Shown here in pieces: positions 1 to 9,360 of a stretch of DNA of 56,908 nucleotides. The notes beneath the pieces were generated by a model that saw nothing but the letters and a program-made list of their open reading frames with translations, did not search any database and was not told the origin of the DNA. The DNA is taken from the sequence record SRR20825006_1150; one strand, written 5' to 3'. Position 1 is the stretch's first letter; every line of letters starts with the position of its first letter. Both the position numbers and the translations under genes were made by a program.

Positions 1-1
1 G

Positions 2-667
2 GATCGCTGCTACCAGCCCGACTGCACCCGTACGAACGGAGGTACTGTGACGAACAATTCAGGCAGGCTGCAAATTCTCGCTCTTGGCGGAAGTGGCTTT
101 TCCGAGAATGGATCTAGAGCAGCCACTCTCAGCTTTACGCCAGGATCCGCCTTGGGAGACGAGATGGCATTGGCGTACTCGAATGGCGGAACGATCTCCT
201 TCGACTATTCAATTTCCGGAGACGACATCACATGGGGGCTAGCAGGCGTTCCTGCAGCAGGAACCCTTCTAGAGATGCAGCTTGCAGTGGGCTCTGGCTT
301 AAGCTCCGACACAGAAGTTGATCTTTTTGCCTTTCCTAGCATTGGGGCAACGACGAGCCGAACTTTTAGCGTTGATATTGTGCAGGGCTCGGGAAACCAA
401 TTCGACGGAACGAACGGCACTATCCAATTCGATAACTCGCCAGATCGCTTCTTTGCGTTGGGATTGAAAGACCAAAGCGATCTTATCGACAACGCGACAA
501 TCTTCATTGACAACTTCACGGTTTCCGCAAATGCGAGTGCCGTTCCAGAGCCATCGTCGGTGGCCTTCCTTGCGATTGGCGGTGCTGGACTTGCTTGGCG
601 CCGTCGCAAATCGAAAACGAATGCCCCGCAAAAGAATGCCGGTAACATTTTGGATCAATCGAGCTAA
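2..667 (+). CDS. PEP-CTERM sorting domain protein (5' end probably outside window)
   Basis: C-terminus AVPEPSSVAFLAIGGAGLAWRRRK = PEP motif + TM helix + basic tail. Body is Ser/Thr/Gly/Asp-rich. Frame is open from base 2 (first GTG at 47). Confidence 0.85.
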   Translation, partial: DRCYQPDCTRTNGGTVTNNSGRLQILALGGSGFSENGSRAATLSFTPGSALGDEMALAYSNGGTISFDYSISGDDITWGLAGVPAAGTLLEMQLAVGSGLSSDTEVDLFAFPSIGATTSRTFSVDIVQGSGNQFDGTNGTIQFDNSPDRFFALGLKDQSDLIDNATIFIDNFTVSANASAVPEPSSVAFLAIGGAGLAWRRRKSKTNAPQKNAGNILDQSS

Positions 668-952
668 CCCCAAGGCATACTCACGATCGCGAGGCGTGGC
701 GCGAATGTTTGAAGTGGACTTGATTGCCATTTGGCTTGGCGATTGAAGGCTGCCTAACGGAACAGTTGGGGACAACGGTTCTACTCAAGGTGACTCCAGC
801 AAGTGACATCTGCTGTCGTGGGCGCGACCTACTTCTGTGGCAAAACGTTTGACACGAAGCGTTTTGTGACCAAGTGTTTGCGAAAGGACCGTGATCCTTC
901 TTCCCGCAACCGTGCGGGGATCGCGTTTCCCTCAGCTTGCTCGAAGTCTCCC

Positions 953-1429
953 ATGAACCACCTGTCACCATCGCGAATTGGATTGCTCCTCACACTTGCG
1001 ATCATTTGGCTGGGCGGCGGTTGCAGCATGTCCGAGATCACAGGGTCATACAGCGAAGAATCGTTTGAGCGATTGATTGGTCAGGACAAGTTGGTCTTGG
1101 TCAAGTTTGGTTCGAAATCTTGCGGCCCATGCAATCGCTTGGATGAGGAACTGGATTCTATCAAGGCCGATCCTCCGGCGGGTGTGGAGATTCATTCCCT
1201 CAGTCTTTGCGGCAACCAAGACCTCGCACGAAAATTCAAGATCACCGGCATCCCGCGAATGATGCTGTTTCGCGAGGGACAAAAGCTCGGCGATCACGTC
1301 GGTTATCAATCGGAGGAGCAAATTCGCAGTTGGATCAGCTCACAGAACAACATCGTCGGCGACGTGCATTCGAATCCATTTGCGACCAAAGCCCCAAACG
1401 GCAACGAAGTGACGCCGCAAAAATCCTAA
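953..1429 (+). CDS. Thioredoxin-family protein, probable lipoprotein
   Basis: LVLVKFGSKSCGPC active-site motif and GIP cis-Pro loop. N-terminal hydrophobic stretch ends in GGGC (lipobox-like). ATG at 953 preferred over 803. Confidence 0.85.
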   Translation: MNHLSPSRIGLLLTLAIIWLGGGCSMSEITGSYSEESFERLIGQDKLVLVKFGSKSCGPCNRLDEELDSIKADPPAGVEIHSLSLCGNQDLARKFKITGIPRMMLFREGQKLGDHVGYQSEEQIRSWISSQNNIVGDVHSNPFATKAPNGNEVTPQKS

Positions 1430-1447
1430 CGGATCGTCTCGCAACAA

Positions 1448-2857
1448 CTACGCGAACAAGTCATGGACGACGTTGCCCGCAACATCCGTCAAGCGAAAAT
1501 CGCGTCCAGCATGGCGATAAGTCAGTTGCTCATGATCAAGACCCAACAGGTGCAAGATCGTGGCATGTAAATCATGCAGATGGACTTTGTTCTCGACCGC
1601 GTAGTATCCGTACTCGTCCGTCGCGCCGTACTGGATGCCAGTTTTCAAACCGGCGCCCGCCATCCACATCGTGAAACCTTCCGGGTTGTGATCTCGGCCG
1701 TCTTGTCCGGATCCCTGGCACGTCGGCGTGCGACCAAATTCGCCGCCCCACAAAACAAGCGTGTCGTCCAACAAACCTCGTGTCTTCAAGTCTTTCAGCA
1801 AACCTGCGATTGGCAAGTCGACTTCGGCGGCATTCTGCGTGTGACCTTTGCGAAGGTTGCCATGTTGGTCCCATTGCACTTCCGTGTTGCTATGTGTGAT
1901 TTGGACGAACCGCACACCACGCTCAGCAAATCGGCGTGCCATCAAACACTGGCGTCCAAAGTCCGCCGTGGTCTCGTTGTCGATCCCATAAAGCTTGTGC
2001 GTCGCCTCCGTTTCGGATTCTAAGTCCAACGCTTCGGGCATCTCCGTTTGCATTCGAAATGCCAACTCAAAAGACTGAATGCGAGCTTCGAGTTCGGAAT
2101 CCGGACCGGTCGTTTCCAAGAATTCTCGGTTCATCGATTGCGTCAAATCCAGCTGCATGCGTTGCGCATCCAGCGACAAACGAGCGTTTTGAACGTACTT
2201 CACACGGGCTTGATCGGATGGTTGGCTGGCGTTGCCTATCGGAGTCCCGGAAACGCTGGCGGGCAAGAACGCCGAACCCCAATTCTTCGTTCCGCCATGG
2301 GCCAACGTTGGACAAATGGTGATGAACCCCGGCAGATTTTGATTTTCTGTACCGAGGCCATACGTCACCCAAGATCCCATGCTGGGACGGACAAACACAT
2401 CACTGCCCGTGTGCAGCTTCATGCTCGCGCCGCCATGGGCCGGGTTGGTACCGTGCATCGAATTGATGATGCATAGATCATCCACGCATTCCGCGACGTG
2501 AGGGAACAATTCACTAACCGCGATCCCGCTCTCGCCATATTGTTTGAACTTCCAAGGCGAAGCCAACAGGTTACTGGTCGGAGCAAACTGCACGCGAGGT
2601 TTTTCGAATGGCAATGGCTTGCCATCGTCCTTCTGCAATTGCGGCTTGTAGTCAAACGTGTCCATGTGCGACGGGCCACCTTTCATAAACAGAAAGATCA
2701 CTCGTTTCGCTTTTGGTGGAAAGTGCGGAGTTCCCAAAAGCGATGAAACAGCATTGCCGCTAGCGGCACGAGCACTGTCCGCGAGCAACGACGCTAGCGC
2801 CAGCGATCCGAATCCCGCGGCGGTGTTCTGCAAGAGCTGTCGTCGTGAAAAATGCAT
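1448..2857 (-). CDS. DUF1501 domain protein (Tat-exported)
   Basis: SRRQLL Tat signal; motifs [34 protein letters not shown] and GRDHNP typical of DUF1501. Confidence 0.92.
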   Translation of the reverse strand: MHFSRRQLLQNTAAGFGSLALASLLADSARAASGNAVSSLLGTPHFPPKAKRVIFLFMKGGPSHMDTFDYKPQLQKDDGKPLPFEKPRVQFAPTSNLLASPWKFKQYGESGIAVSELFPHVAECVDDLCIINSMHGTNPAHGGASMKLHTGSDVFVRPSMGSWVTYGLGTENQNLPGFITICPTLAHGGTKNWGSAFLPASVSGTPIGNASQPSDQARVKYVQNARLSLDAQRMQLDLTQSMNREFLETTGPDSELEARIQSFELAFRMQTEMPEALDLESETEATHKLYGIDNETTADFGRQCLMARRFAERGVRFVQITHSNTEVQWDQHGNLRKGHTQNAAEVDLPIAGLLKDLKTRGLLDDTLVLWGGEFGRTPTCQGSGQDGRDHNPEGFTMWMAGAGLKTGIQYGATDEYGYYAVENKVHLHDLHATILHLLGLDHEQLTYRHAGRDFRLTDVAGNVVHDLFA

Positions 2858-2919
2858 CGGATCAGCTGGGATGGAAGGAGGCGAAAAATTGCAAAATGAT
2901 GCACGTGGTCAACGCTTTC

Positions 2920-5409
2920 TCAACGGAGGTAGACAAATTCGCTGGAGGAAACCACGGCTTGGCAAAACGCTTGCCAGGCAGAGCGTTCCGGATCGGACGC
3001 GTTGCGATTCGATTCAACATCGCCGCGTTGCTGAAGCGTCTCGAATCGAGAGAGAAACCGAACGCCATCAGAAATCTCCGCATCGCGCGGTGGTCGTCCG
3101 TAAGCTTCCAAGTACAAACGTCGAATTCGTCGCACAGAATCGGTGTCTTCATTCAGCAATCGATCCGCCATCGCAAACGTCAGGTCAGACACCATCTCGG
3201 AATTCATCAAGTACAACGCTTGCGGCGCGATTGTGCTGGTGTTTCGATCGCCGTTTAGAACGCTCGCGTCGGTGTAGTCAAACAACTGGAACATGTCGTA
3301 CAGGTGATTGCGGATCACGGGCACGTAGATCGAACGACGCTTTGAATCGTATCTGGATTTGTCCTGCGAGGTGTGGTTGAACACATACTCACGGTTTTTG
3401 TACGGCATAATGTTGCCACCGGTCGTCCAATCGAGTTGCCCACTGACGGCCAACAACCCGTCACGAATAGCTTCAGCTTCCAATCGCCGCACACTGAATC
3501 GCCAATAAAATTGGTTGCTCGGATCTAGTTCAGCATTGAACGCGCCGAAGTCACTGCTTTGTTGATAGGTTTGCGACAACACCATCATTCGGTGCATCGC
3601 CTTGATCGACCAACCTTCCTCGACAAATCGGACCGCCAACCAGTCCAGCAATTCAGGGTGCGTCGGTGAACTGCCTTTCAGACCAAAATTGTCGACCGTT
3701 GGAACCAAGCCTTTGCCAAAGTGACCACGCCACAAGCGATTGACCATCACGCGAGCGGTTAGCGGATGACGCCCATTGGTCAACCAACGAGCAAACTCCA
3801 GTCGACCACTTTGATCAGCAGGGATCGAGGGATCGTCGTCCGACATCAACACTTCGGGAAAACGTCGCGGGACGACATCACCAAGTGTCAGGTGACTGCC
3901 CCGTAGATGCACGGCCGTATCTGCGATGTCACCATCGACGACACCCATTGCAGTTGGCAACTCCGGTGTTTCCTCTTTCCAACGTTCGAGTTCATCACGA
4001 AGCGTCTTGAGTTCCGCCCGAGTTTCTTCCGAGAATCGTTTCTCGATCTCGTCCGGTTTGGCCGCAGCATCGGATGGAGGTTCCAGCTCTGATTTGGCGT
4101 GCGCAAATTTTTCCGCAATCAACTTTTCTTGATCGGCGATCTTTTGTTGATGCTGCTTCAGTTCCGCCGCCTGCTCGGGCGTTTCGATCGTATTCTCATG
4201 CCACTCCGCGACAGTCTTGTAGCTGTCCATCGTCTGTGTGCTTTGAAAGATTCCGGCCAGCCCGTAGTAGTCGCGATGGCTGATCGGATCAAACTTGTGC
4301 GTGTGACAACGAGCACATCCGAGTGTCAGCCCCATCAGGGTGCGACCGACGGTGTCAATCTGTTCGTCGATGATGTCCATCTCCATCTTGGCTTCGTCCT
4401 GCTCAGCCAAGACTTTTGGCCCCAAAACAAGGAAGCCAGTTGCAACCAGACGATCGTGACGAAGATCGACATCATTGCCTGAATCCAGCAAATCACCCGC
4501 CAACTGTTCGACAACGAATTGGTCGTATGGTTTGTCATCTTTAAGCGAACGCACAACGTAATCACGATAGCGCCACGCATTTCCATGGACCACGTTTTCA
4601 TCGAGCCCGTTGGAATCGGCATAGCGAGCAACATCCAACCAGTGGCGTGCCCAACGCTCACCGTATTGAGGCGAGGCGAGCAATCGATCGACCACCTTCG
4701 CGAATGCATCGCTCGAGCTATCAGATAGAAACGAGTCGATCTCTTCTGGTGTCGGCGGCAAACCGATCAAATCGAACGTGACCCGACGAAGCAGTGTCCG
4801 TTTATCAGCGGGAGCGTTTGGACGCAGGCCCTCGGCACGCAGACGCGCCAGCACAAACGCATCGATCGGATTCGGTACATCCGTCAATGCATCGCTGATC
4901 GGCGGAGCGGCTTTAATGGGAGGTTGAAATGCCCAGTGCTTGCGTCCTTGATCCAGGTCCACCTCGCCACGCTGCACGATTGGTCCGACAGTATTCATGT
5001 CGGGATGGGGTGCTCCCATCTCAACCCAACGAATGATGTCCGCAATCTGAACATCCGACAATTTCTCTTCCGGCGGCATCTTCAGGTCATTGTCCTGATA
5101 GCGAACAGCAGTCACCAACAAACTGCTCGCCGGTTTTCCCGGAACCAAAGAAGCCCCCGCCAATCCACCGGTCAACATTCCTGCCAACGTGTCCACGCGA
5201 AGTTCGGACTCCTGAGAGTCTTCGCCATGACATTCGTAGCAGTGATCGATCAGCAACGGACGAATCTTCGATTCAAAGAAATCCAGGAAATTCTGCGTGG
5301 GCTGGGCCGTGTCCCTGTGATCGACTTCATCATCAGACCGAGCCTCGATAGGAGCTAACAGTATCATCAACACCACACCGCAAATCGCGATGCGTTGCAT
5401 CAGGCCCAT
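2920..5409 (-). CDS. Planctomycete cytochrome c / PSD1 protein (PSCyt1 + DUF1549 + DUF1553)
   Basis: CYECH and CARCH haem motifs; HWAF, PIDAF, YGERWARHWLDVARYADS, ARVMVNRLW, HPELLDWLA and RRLEAEAIRD motifs. Signal peptide follows M at 5409/5400; the ORF extension to 5667 overlaps the upstream gene. Confidence 0.92.
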   Translation of the reverse strand: MGLMQRIAICGVVLMILLAPIEARSDDEVDHRDTAQPTQNFLDFFESKIRPLLIDHCYECHGEDSQESELRVDTLAGMLTGGLAGASLVPGKPASSLLVTAVRYQDNDLKMPPEEKLSDVQIADIIRWVEMGAPHPDMNTVGPIVQRGEVDLDQGRKHWAFQPPIKAAPPISDALTDVPNPIDAFVLARLRAEGLRPNAPADKRTLLRRVTFDLIGLPPTPEEIDSFLSDSSSDAFAKVVDRLLASPQYGERWARHWLDVARYADSNGLDENVVHGNAWRYRDYVVRSLKDDKPYDQFVVEQLAGDLLDSGNDVDLRHDRLVATGFLVLGPKVLAEQDEAKMEMDIIDEQIDTVGRTLMGLTLGCARCHTHKFDPISHRDYYGLAGIFQSTQTMDSYKTVAEWHENTIETPEQAAELKQHQQKIADQEKLIAEKFAHAKSELEPPSDAAAKPDEIEKRFSEETRAELKTLRDELERWKEETPELPTAMGVVDGDIADTAVHLRGSHLTLGDVVPRRFPEVLMSDDDPSIPADQSGRLEFARWLTNGRHPLTARVMVNRLWRGHFGKGLVPTVDNFGLKGSSPTHPELLDWLAVRFVEEGWSIKAMHRMMVLSQTYQQSSDFGAFNAELDPSNQFYWRFSVRRLEAEAIRDGLLAVSGQLDWTTGGNIMPYKNREYVFNHTSQDKSRYDSKRRSIYVPVIRNHLYDMFQLFDYTDASVLNGDRNTSTIAPQALYLMNSEMVSDLTFAMADRLLNEDTDSVRRIRRLYLEAYGRPPRDAEISDGVRFLSRFETLQQRGDVESNRNASDPERSAWQAFCQAVVSSSEFVYLR

Positions 5410-5605
5410 GCCCTCAACGCTTCGAGATTGTGAAGTTTCTAACTGCCATACTTCCACGCATTTATCACCACACTCCCGAAGGCAGGATGAAGCAAACCAA
5501 GGGGAGAATGAAACAAAACCGCACAATCTGTTTCGATGCAATCGGGCACCCAAACCAGGGATATACGACGGAGTTCGCGAGTGAATTGGACGCATCAACC
5601 GTCTC

Positions 5606-7330
5606 CTAGAACGTGGGATTTCCGGCATGATAGATTTCCATGATTTCCGCTTCGTCCAACGCATCACTGAGCATCAAAAACTCGTCCATTCGCCCGTTGA
5701 AGTTTCTGATCGCATGAGAGTTCTGGTCGACAGGACGTCCCCAATTGCACAATTCCGCGTCACCGATTCGGATCGGCCCGTCATAACGAAGGTCGCCTTC
5801 GCAGGGTACGCGACGGCCGTTGAAGTAATGACGCACCGTTTGGGTGGAACCATCAAATACCGAGGCAACGTGAATCCACTGCCCAAGCGTAGTGAGATCG
5901 ACCAGCGGTGGCGTGTAGCGCCACGCCACCCCGGGAACCTGGCCTACGGATAAACCAAGTTGTCCGCTTCGATCGAATTGCCAATGCACTTCACCCTCGT
6001 CCCAACCATCCGTCAACAACAACGAACTGAGCAGGCGGTCGAGTCCATCGACTCGGACCCAAGCCGCCAAGGTGATCGATTTGTATTCGCCAGCCAAATG
6101 GAAACGCACCCGGTCACTCGGCCGTTTGAAATCCAAGGCCGACTTCCCCGGCCAACGGCCCTCCGACCAAGCACATCCAATGATCGAACCATCTGCGTTC
6201 TTTTTGCCCGATGCAAGGTTTGGCAAAATGGTTGGCGATGCGTTCGAACCGGACTCTGACGGCGATGCAAAGTCGTAGTACATCAGCACACGAGGGTCGT
6301 TACGAATCTTGGTACTCCAACTTTCCCAACGCTCGATCCTTTGTTGCCAAACCTCTTCTCTATCTGGCTGAAAGAAAGACTCAGACGGCATCTTGGCAAC
6401 CTGCTGCTCATTCGAAACCGCATTGCCATTCCCATCCACGCTGATTGATTGTCCGGTGACCAACTCACGCAGCGATGCGGTATCGTCTCTCACTGACGGA
6501 TCATGCAATTCCACCAATCCATCAAAGACGTGAACTTCGGTCCGCCCGTCAATCGACGCGGACACCCCGAACTCGGTCCCAAGATCAACAATTTTTGTTT
6601 CCGACGTCAGCACGGTGAACCCTCGCGCCGGAACTGGAACGCTCGCCCAAGCGTTTCCCTCATGGAGCACGACCAAATTCGGATCGCGAATTTCCAGTTT
6701 CGCGGGACCTTCCAGAGTCAACGTTGCCCCTCGGAAAAACTGCAACTGCACCCATCCGGATTTCAAATCCAGTGTTTCGTTCGCTGAAACGGAATCGCCC
6801 ATCCGAAGACCAGAATCGTCTTGCCACTCGACATTGACCGTTCGCTTCAACAATGCCACGGAAGCGTCAACCGGTTCAGAATCAGTCGCTGGCGCTGGCA
6901 CCGAAATAAGCTTCGCCACTGATTCGGCGTTGCGAGATCCGGATTGTTGCCCCGCCCACATGCCAATCAAGAACGCGACCATCAAGCAGGCGGCAATCGC
7001 GACCGCCGCCAGCGGAGCCCAGCGTCGAAGCTGATTTCGTGCCGTGTTCAAACTCGACCGATCCAGGACGCCGTGGAGAAAGTCAAACTTCTGCGACTCT
7101 GCATCCAAACGCTGCTCCAACAATTGAGAAAATCTTTCGCCTGTCCGGTCTTCGCAAACCACGATCGCAAGTCCCTCATCCATTTCAACTTGGTCGCAGA
7201 AACGCCGTCGCAACGTTTCGTCGGTCGCCAGCGACTTTGCCAACCGATCCACTTCCGCCTCGGTCAGTTCGCCATCGAGCAAATGGCTCAATTGCTGATC
7301 GAAATCTTGTTCGCGTTTTTGTTCGCTCAT
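5606..7330 (-). CDS. FecR-like anti-sigma factor with C-terminal LamG/concanavalin-like domain
   Basis: Cytoplasmic N-terminal domain, one TM helix, FecR motif GFTVLT..IVDLGTEFGV..VHVFDGLVE, then LamG motifs TLAAWV, QWIHVASVFD and FNGRMDEF. ATGA overlap with the sigma factor gene. Confidence 0.88.
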   Translation of the reverse strand: MSEQKREQDFDQQLSHLLDGELTEAEVDRLAKSLATDETLRRRFCDQVEMDEGLAIVVCEDRTGERFSQLLEQRLDAESQKFDFLHGVLDRSSLNTARNQLRRWAPLAAVAIAACLMVAFLIGMWAGQQSGSRNAESVAKLISVPAPATDSEPVDASVALLKRTVNVEWQDDSGLRMGDSVSANETLDLKSGWVQLQFFRGATLTLEGPAKLEIRDPNLVVLHEGNAWASVPVPARGFTVLTSETKIVDLGTEFGVSASIDGRTEVHVFDGLVELHDPSVRDDTASLRELVTGQSISVDGNGNAVSNEQQVAKMPSESFFQPDREEVWQQRIERWESWSTKIRNDPRVLMYYDFASPSESGSNASPTILPNLASGKKNADGSIIGCAWSEGRWPGKSALDFKRPSDRVRFHLAGEYKSITLAAWVRVDGLDRLLSSLLLTDGWDEGEVHWQFDRSGQLGLSVGQVPGVAWRYTPPLVDLTTLGQWIHVASVFDGSTQTVRHYFNGRRVPCEGDLRYDGPIRIGDAELCNWGRPVDQNSHAIRNFNGRMDEFLMLSDALDEAEIMEIYHAGNPTF

Positions 7331-7845
7331 GTTGACGCCTCCGCCAAACGTGATTCAACACAAGTCCGAAGCAAACCACGCAGACGCGACAAAGCCTGGC
7401 GAACGGCAACCGGTGTCATCTCGGTCTCATTCGCCAACTGAGTCGCGTTCTGTCCACGCGTGTACCGGCCATTGACCAAAGCTCGACCGTGACCCGGCAG
7501 TCGATCGACGCATGCCCCAAGCGCGGTGAACCAATCTTCGGACCACGGACCGGTGACTGGTTCGTCCGACATTGCCAACATCGCTTCGCTGAGCGATGCA
7601 TTGACGACCCGGCGTCGACGAGAGCTTTTCCGCAGCTCGTTGCGGACCAGATTTCGAGCGATCGATCGCAGCCATGGACCCGCGTTTTCCATGTCATCCA
7701 GCGTATCAATTCGCTCGTATGCAACCACAAACGCATCTTGGGCCAGATCATCCACCGCGTCCGGCATCGCGCCGAGCATGCGGACAAACATCCGCAGTTG
7801 AGCCTGATGTTCCAGCACAAGTTTGGCGAATTCTTTTCGTTGCAT
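7327..7845 (-). CDS. ECF-type sigma-70 factor
   Basis: Region 2 (DDLAQDAFVVA, WLRSIARN) and region 4 HTH (QLANETEMTPVAVRQALSRLR); 172 aa. Confidence 0.92.
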   Translation of the reverse strand: MQRKEFAKLVLEHQAQLRMFVRMLGAMPDAVDDLAQDAFVVAYERIDTLDDMENAGPWLRSIARNLVRNELRKSSRRRRVVNASLSEAMLAMSDEPVTGPWSEDWFTALGACVDRLPGHGRALVNGRYTRGQNATQLANETEMTPVAVRQALSRLRGLLRTCVESRLAEAST

Positions 7846-8025
7846 CGATCATGTTCCTTTCGCTCTTACCATGTCGCCACAAACAAAAGTGTGACTCGGA
7901 ATGAACGAAAAATCTTTGAAACGACTCGAAATCCGATCAAAGGTCGATTTGCAAACAATCGGCTGGAGCGGTGAACATCGCTAAACGCTTGGATCGCTCG
8001 ACGCGATGTGATCTATGTCTCGCTT

Positions 8026-8856
8026 TCAGACCAGCCGGATACCGTCGTCCTCGATCGCGATGATTTTTTGCTTGTACAAGCCACCAATCGCCTTTTTGAA
8101 TTGCTTTTTGCTCATGCCGAATAAGCCCGAGATTTTTTCGGATGGCGACTTATCGTGCACTGGTGCAAATCCACCGTGATCACGCAAATAATCTTCGATG
8201 ACCTGGCTGTAGTTATCTCGTATTTGTTGACCACTTTTTAGGCTCAGATCGATTTTGCCATCAGCACGGACGTGTCTGACATAGCCTTGGATCGTTTGGC
8301 CAAAACTGATTCGTTCGTCCACGTCATCATTGTAGAGCAATCCCCAATGGCTCTGATCGATGATCGCCTTGTAACCCATCTCAGTGCTGTTGGCGATGAT
8401 CAACTCGACCGCCTGCTGAGCGTAGAAACCGTGATCGGGATCGTTGCTCACGTATTTGTCGATCTTGGACGTTGCAGTGATTCGGTCTTGGTTGTCCAAG
8501 TACAAAAAAACGATGTAAGACTTCCCCACGACCATCGGCCGGTGCTGTTCAGCAAAAGGCACCAGCACGTCTTTGTCCAATCCCCAGTCCAAGAACGCAC
8601 CCACCGGCGTGTTTTCTTTGACTTCTAAATAAGCAAATTCGCCGACCTCGGCCTTGGGAACTTGGGTGGTCGCGATGGGGCGGTCTTCGGAGTCCGAATA
8701 AAGAAAGACTTCGACGATGTCGCCGGGACTCAGACCTTCGGGGGTGTGCTTTTTAGGAAGCAGGATCTCCCCCAAATCGCCGGCGTCCAAAAACACGCCA
8801 AAGTCGGTTTGCTTGACCACTTCCAAATCATAGGTGCCGCCGATTTCGATCATCAT
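8026..8856 (-). CDS. CvfB/YitL-family S1-domain RNA-binding protein
   Basis: Repeated S1-like motifs (FGVFLD, VGAFLDWGLDKDVLVPF) and C-terminal winged helix (FGMSKKQFKKAIGGLYK). Confidence 0.88.
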   Translation of the reverse strand: MMIEIGGTYDLEVVKQTDFGVFLDAGDLGEILLPKKHTPEGLSPGDIVEVFLYSDSEDRPIATTQVPKAEVGEFAYLEVKENTPVGAFLDWGLDKDVLVPFAEQHRPMVVGKSYIVFLYLDNQDRITATSKIDKYVSNDPDHGFYAQQAVELIIANSTEMGYKAIIDQSHWGLLYNDDVDERISFGQTIQGYVRHVRADGKIDLSLKSGQQIRDNYSQVIEDYLRDHGGFAPVHDKSPSEKISGLFGMSKKQFKKAIGGLYKQKIIAIEDDGIRLV

Positions 8857-8937
8857 GTTTGGTGTTCCAGCAAATCAATCAGCAGCAGCTTTGTACATCG
8901 ATCGCGATCCAATTTGCCGAGGATCGGACGATCGAAT

Positions 8938-9243
8938 TCACTTCGAGTTTTTGCGTTTTTTCAGCGGCGGATTGCTATGAAGAATCTCGCCTGAATCGGC
9001 GACCTTCAGGTAATAAGACGCGCCGATGTGAATGCGTTTTGAGAGTGAAAACTCTCCGATGGGTTCCAGCTCTTCCCAAATATTGACCCGATAGTTGCCG
9101 TTGTGATGCCGACAAACCTCCACACGATGCAGTCGCGGAGGCCTGCCAATCTTTTCGAGTATCTGCGACTTGATTGTCACCGAGTGGTCGGCGAGCGACT
9201 CCGGCTCATCTTTCTTCGGGGCTGGTTGATCGACTTTTGCCAT
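8938..9243 (-). CDS. Hypothetical protein (~100 aa)
   Basis: Fills the gap between co-oriented genes and has a globular composition (GRPPRLHRVEV..YRVNIW..SYYL). GAGG lies upstream of ATG 9243; alternative start 9258. Confidence 0.7.
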   Translation of the reverse strand: MAKVDQPAPKKDEPESLADHSVTIKSQILEKIGRPPRLHRVEVCRHHNGNYRVNIWEELEPIGEFSLSKRIHIGASYYLKVADSGEILHSNPPLKKRKNSK

Positions 9244-9360
9244 GCTTTCCTCGGCCACTTGTGGGTGATTGAAACTGAACTGTATCCGAACCGCCTTCGG
9301 TTCGATACGAGGCCGAAAAGTGGCGAAGCGACGAAAGCAACTTCAATTCAGCGTCCCAGA

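Noticed and set aside
1448-2857. Sulfatase call for the DUF1501 protein
   Set aside because: Lacks the C/SxPxR formylglycine motif.
5410-5667. Long N-terminal extensions in the ORF track (also 35613-35996, 37423-37584, 45159-45389, 29832-30008)
   Set aside because: They overlap neighbouring genes or terminators and precede clear signal peptides or family N-termini; downstream starts were chosen.
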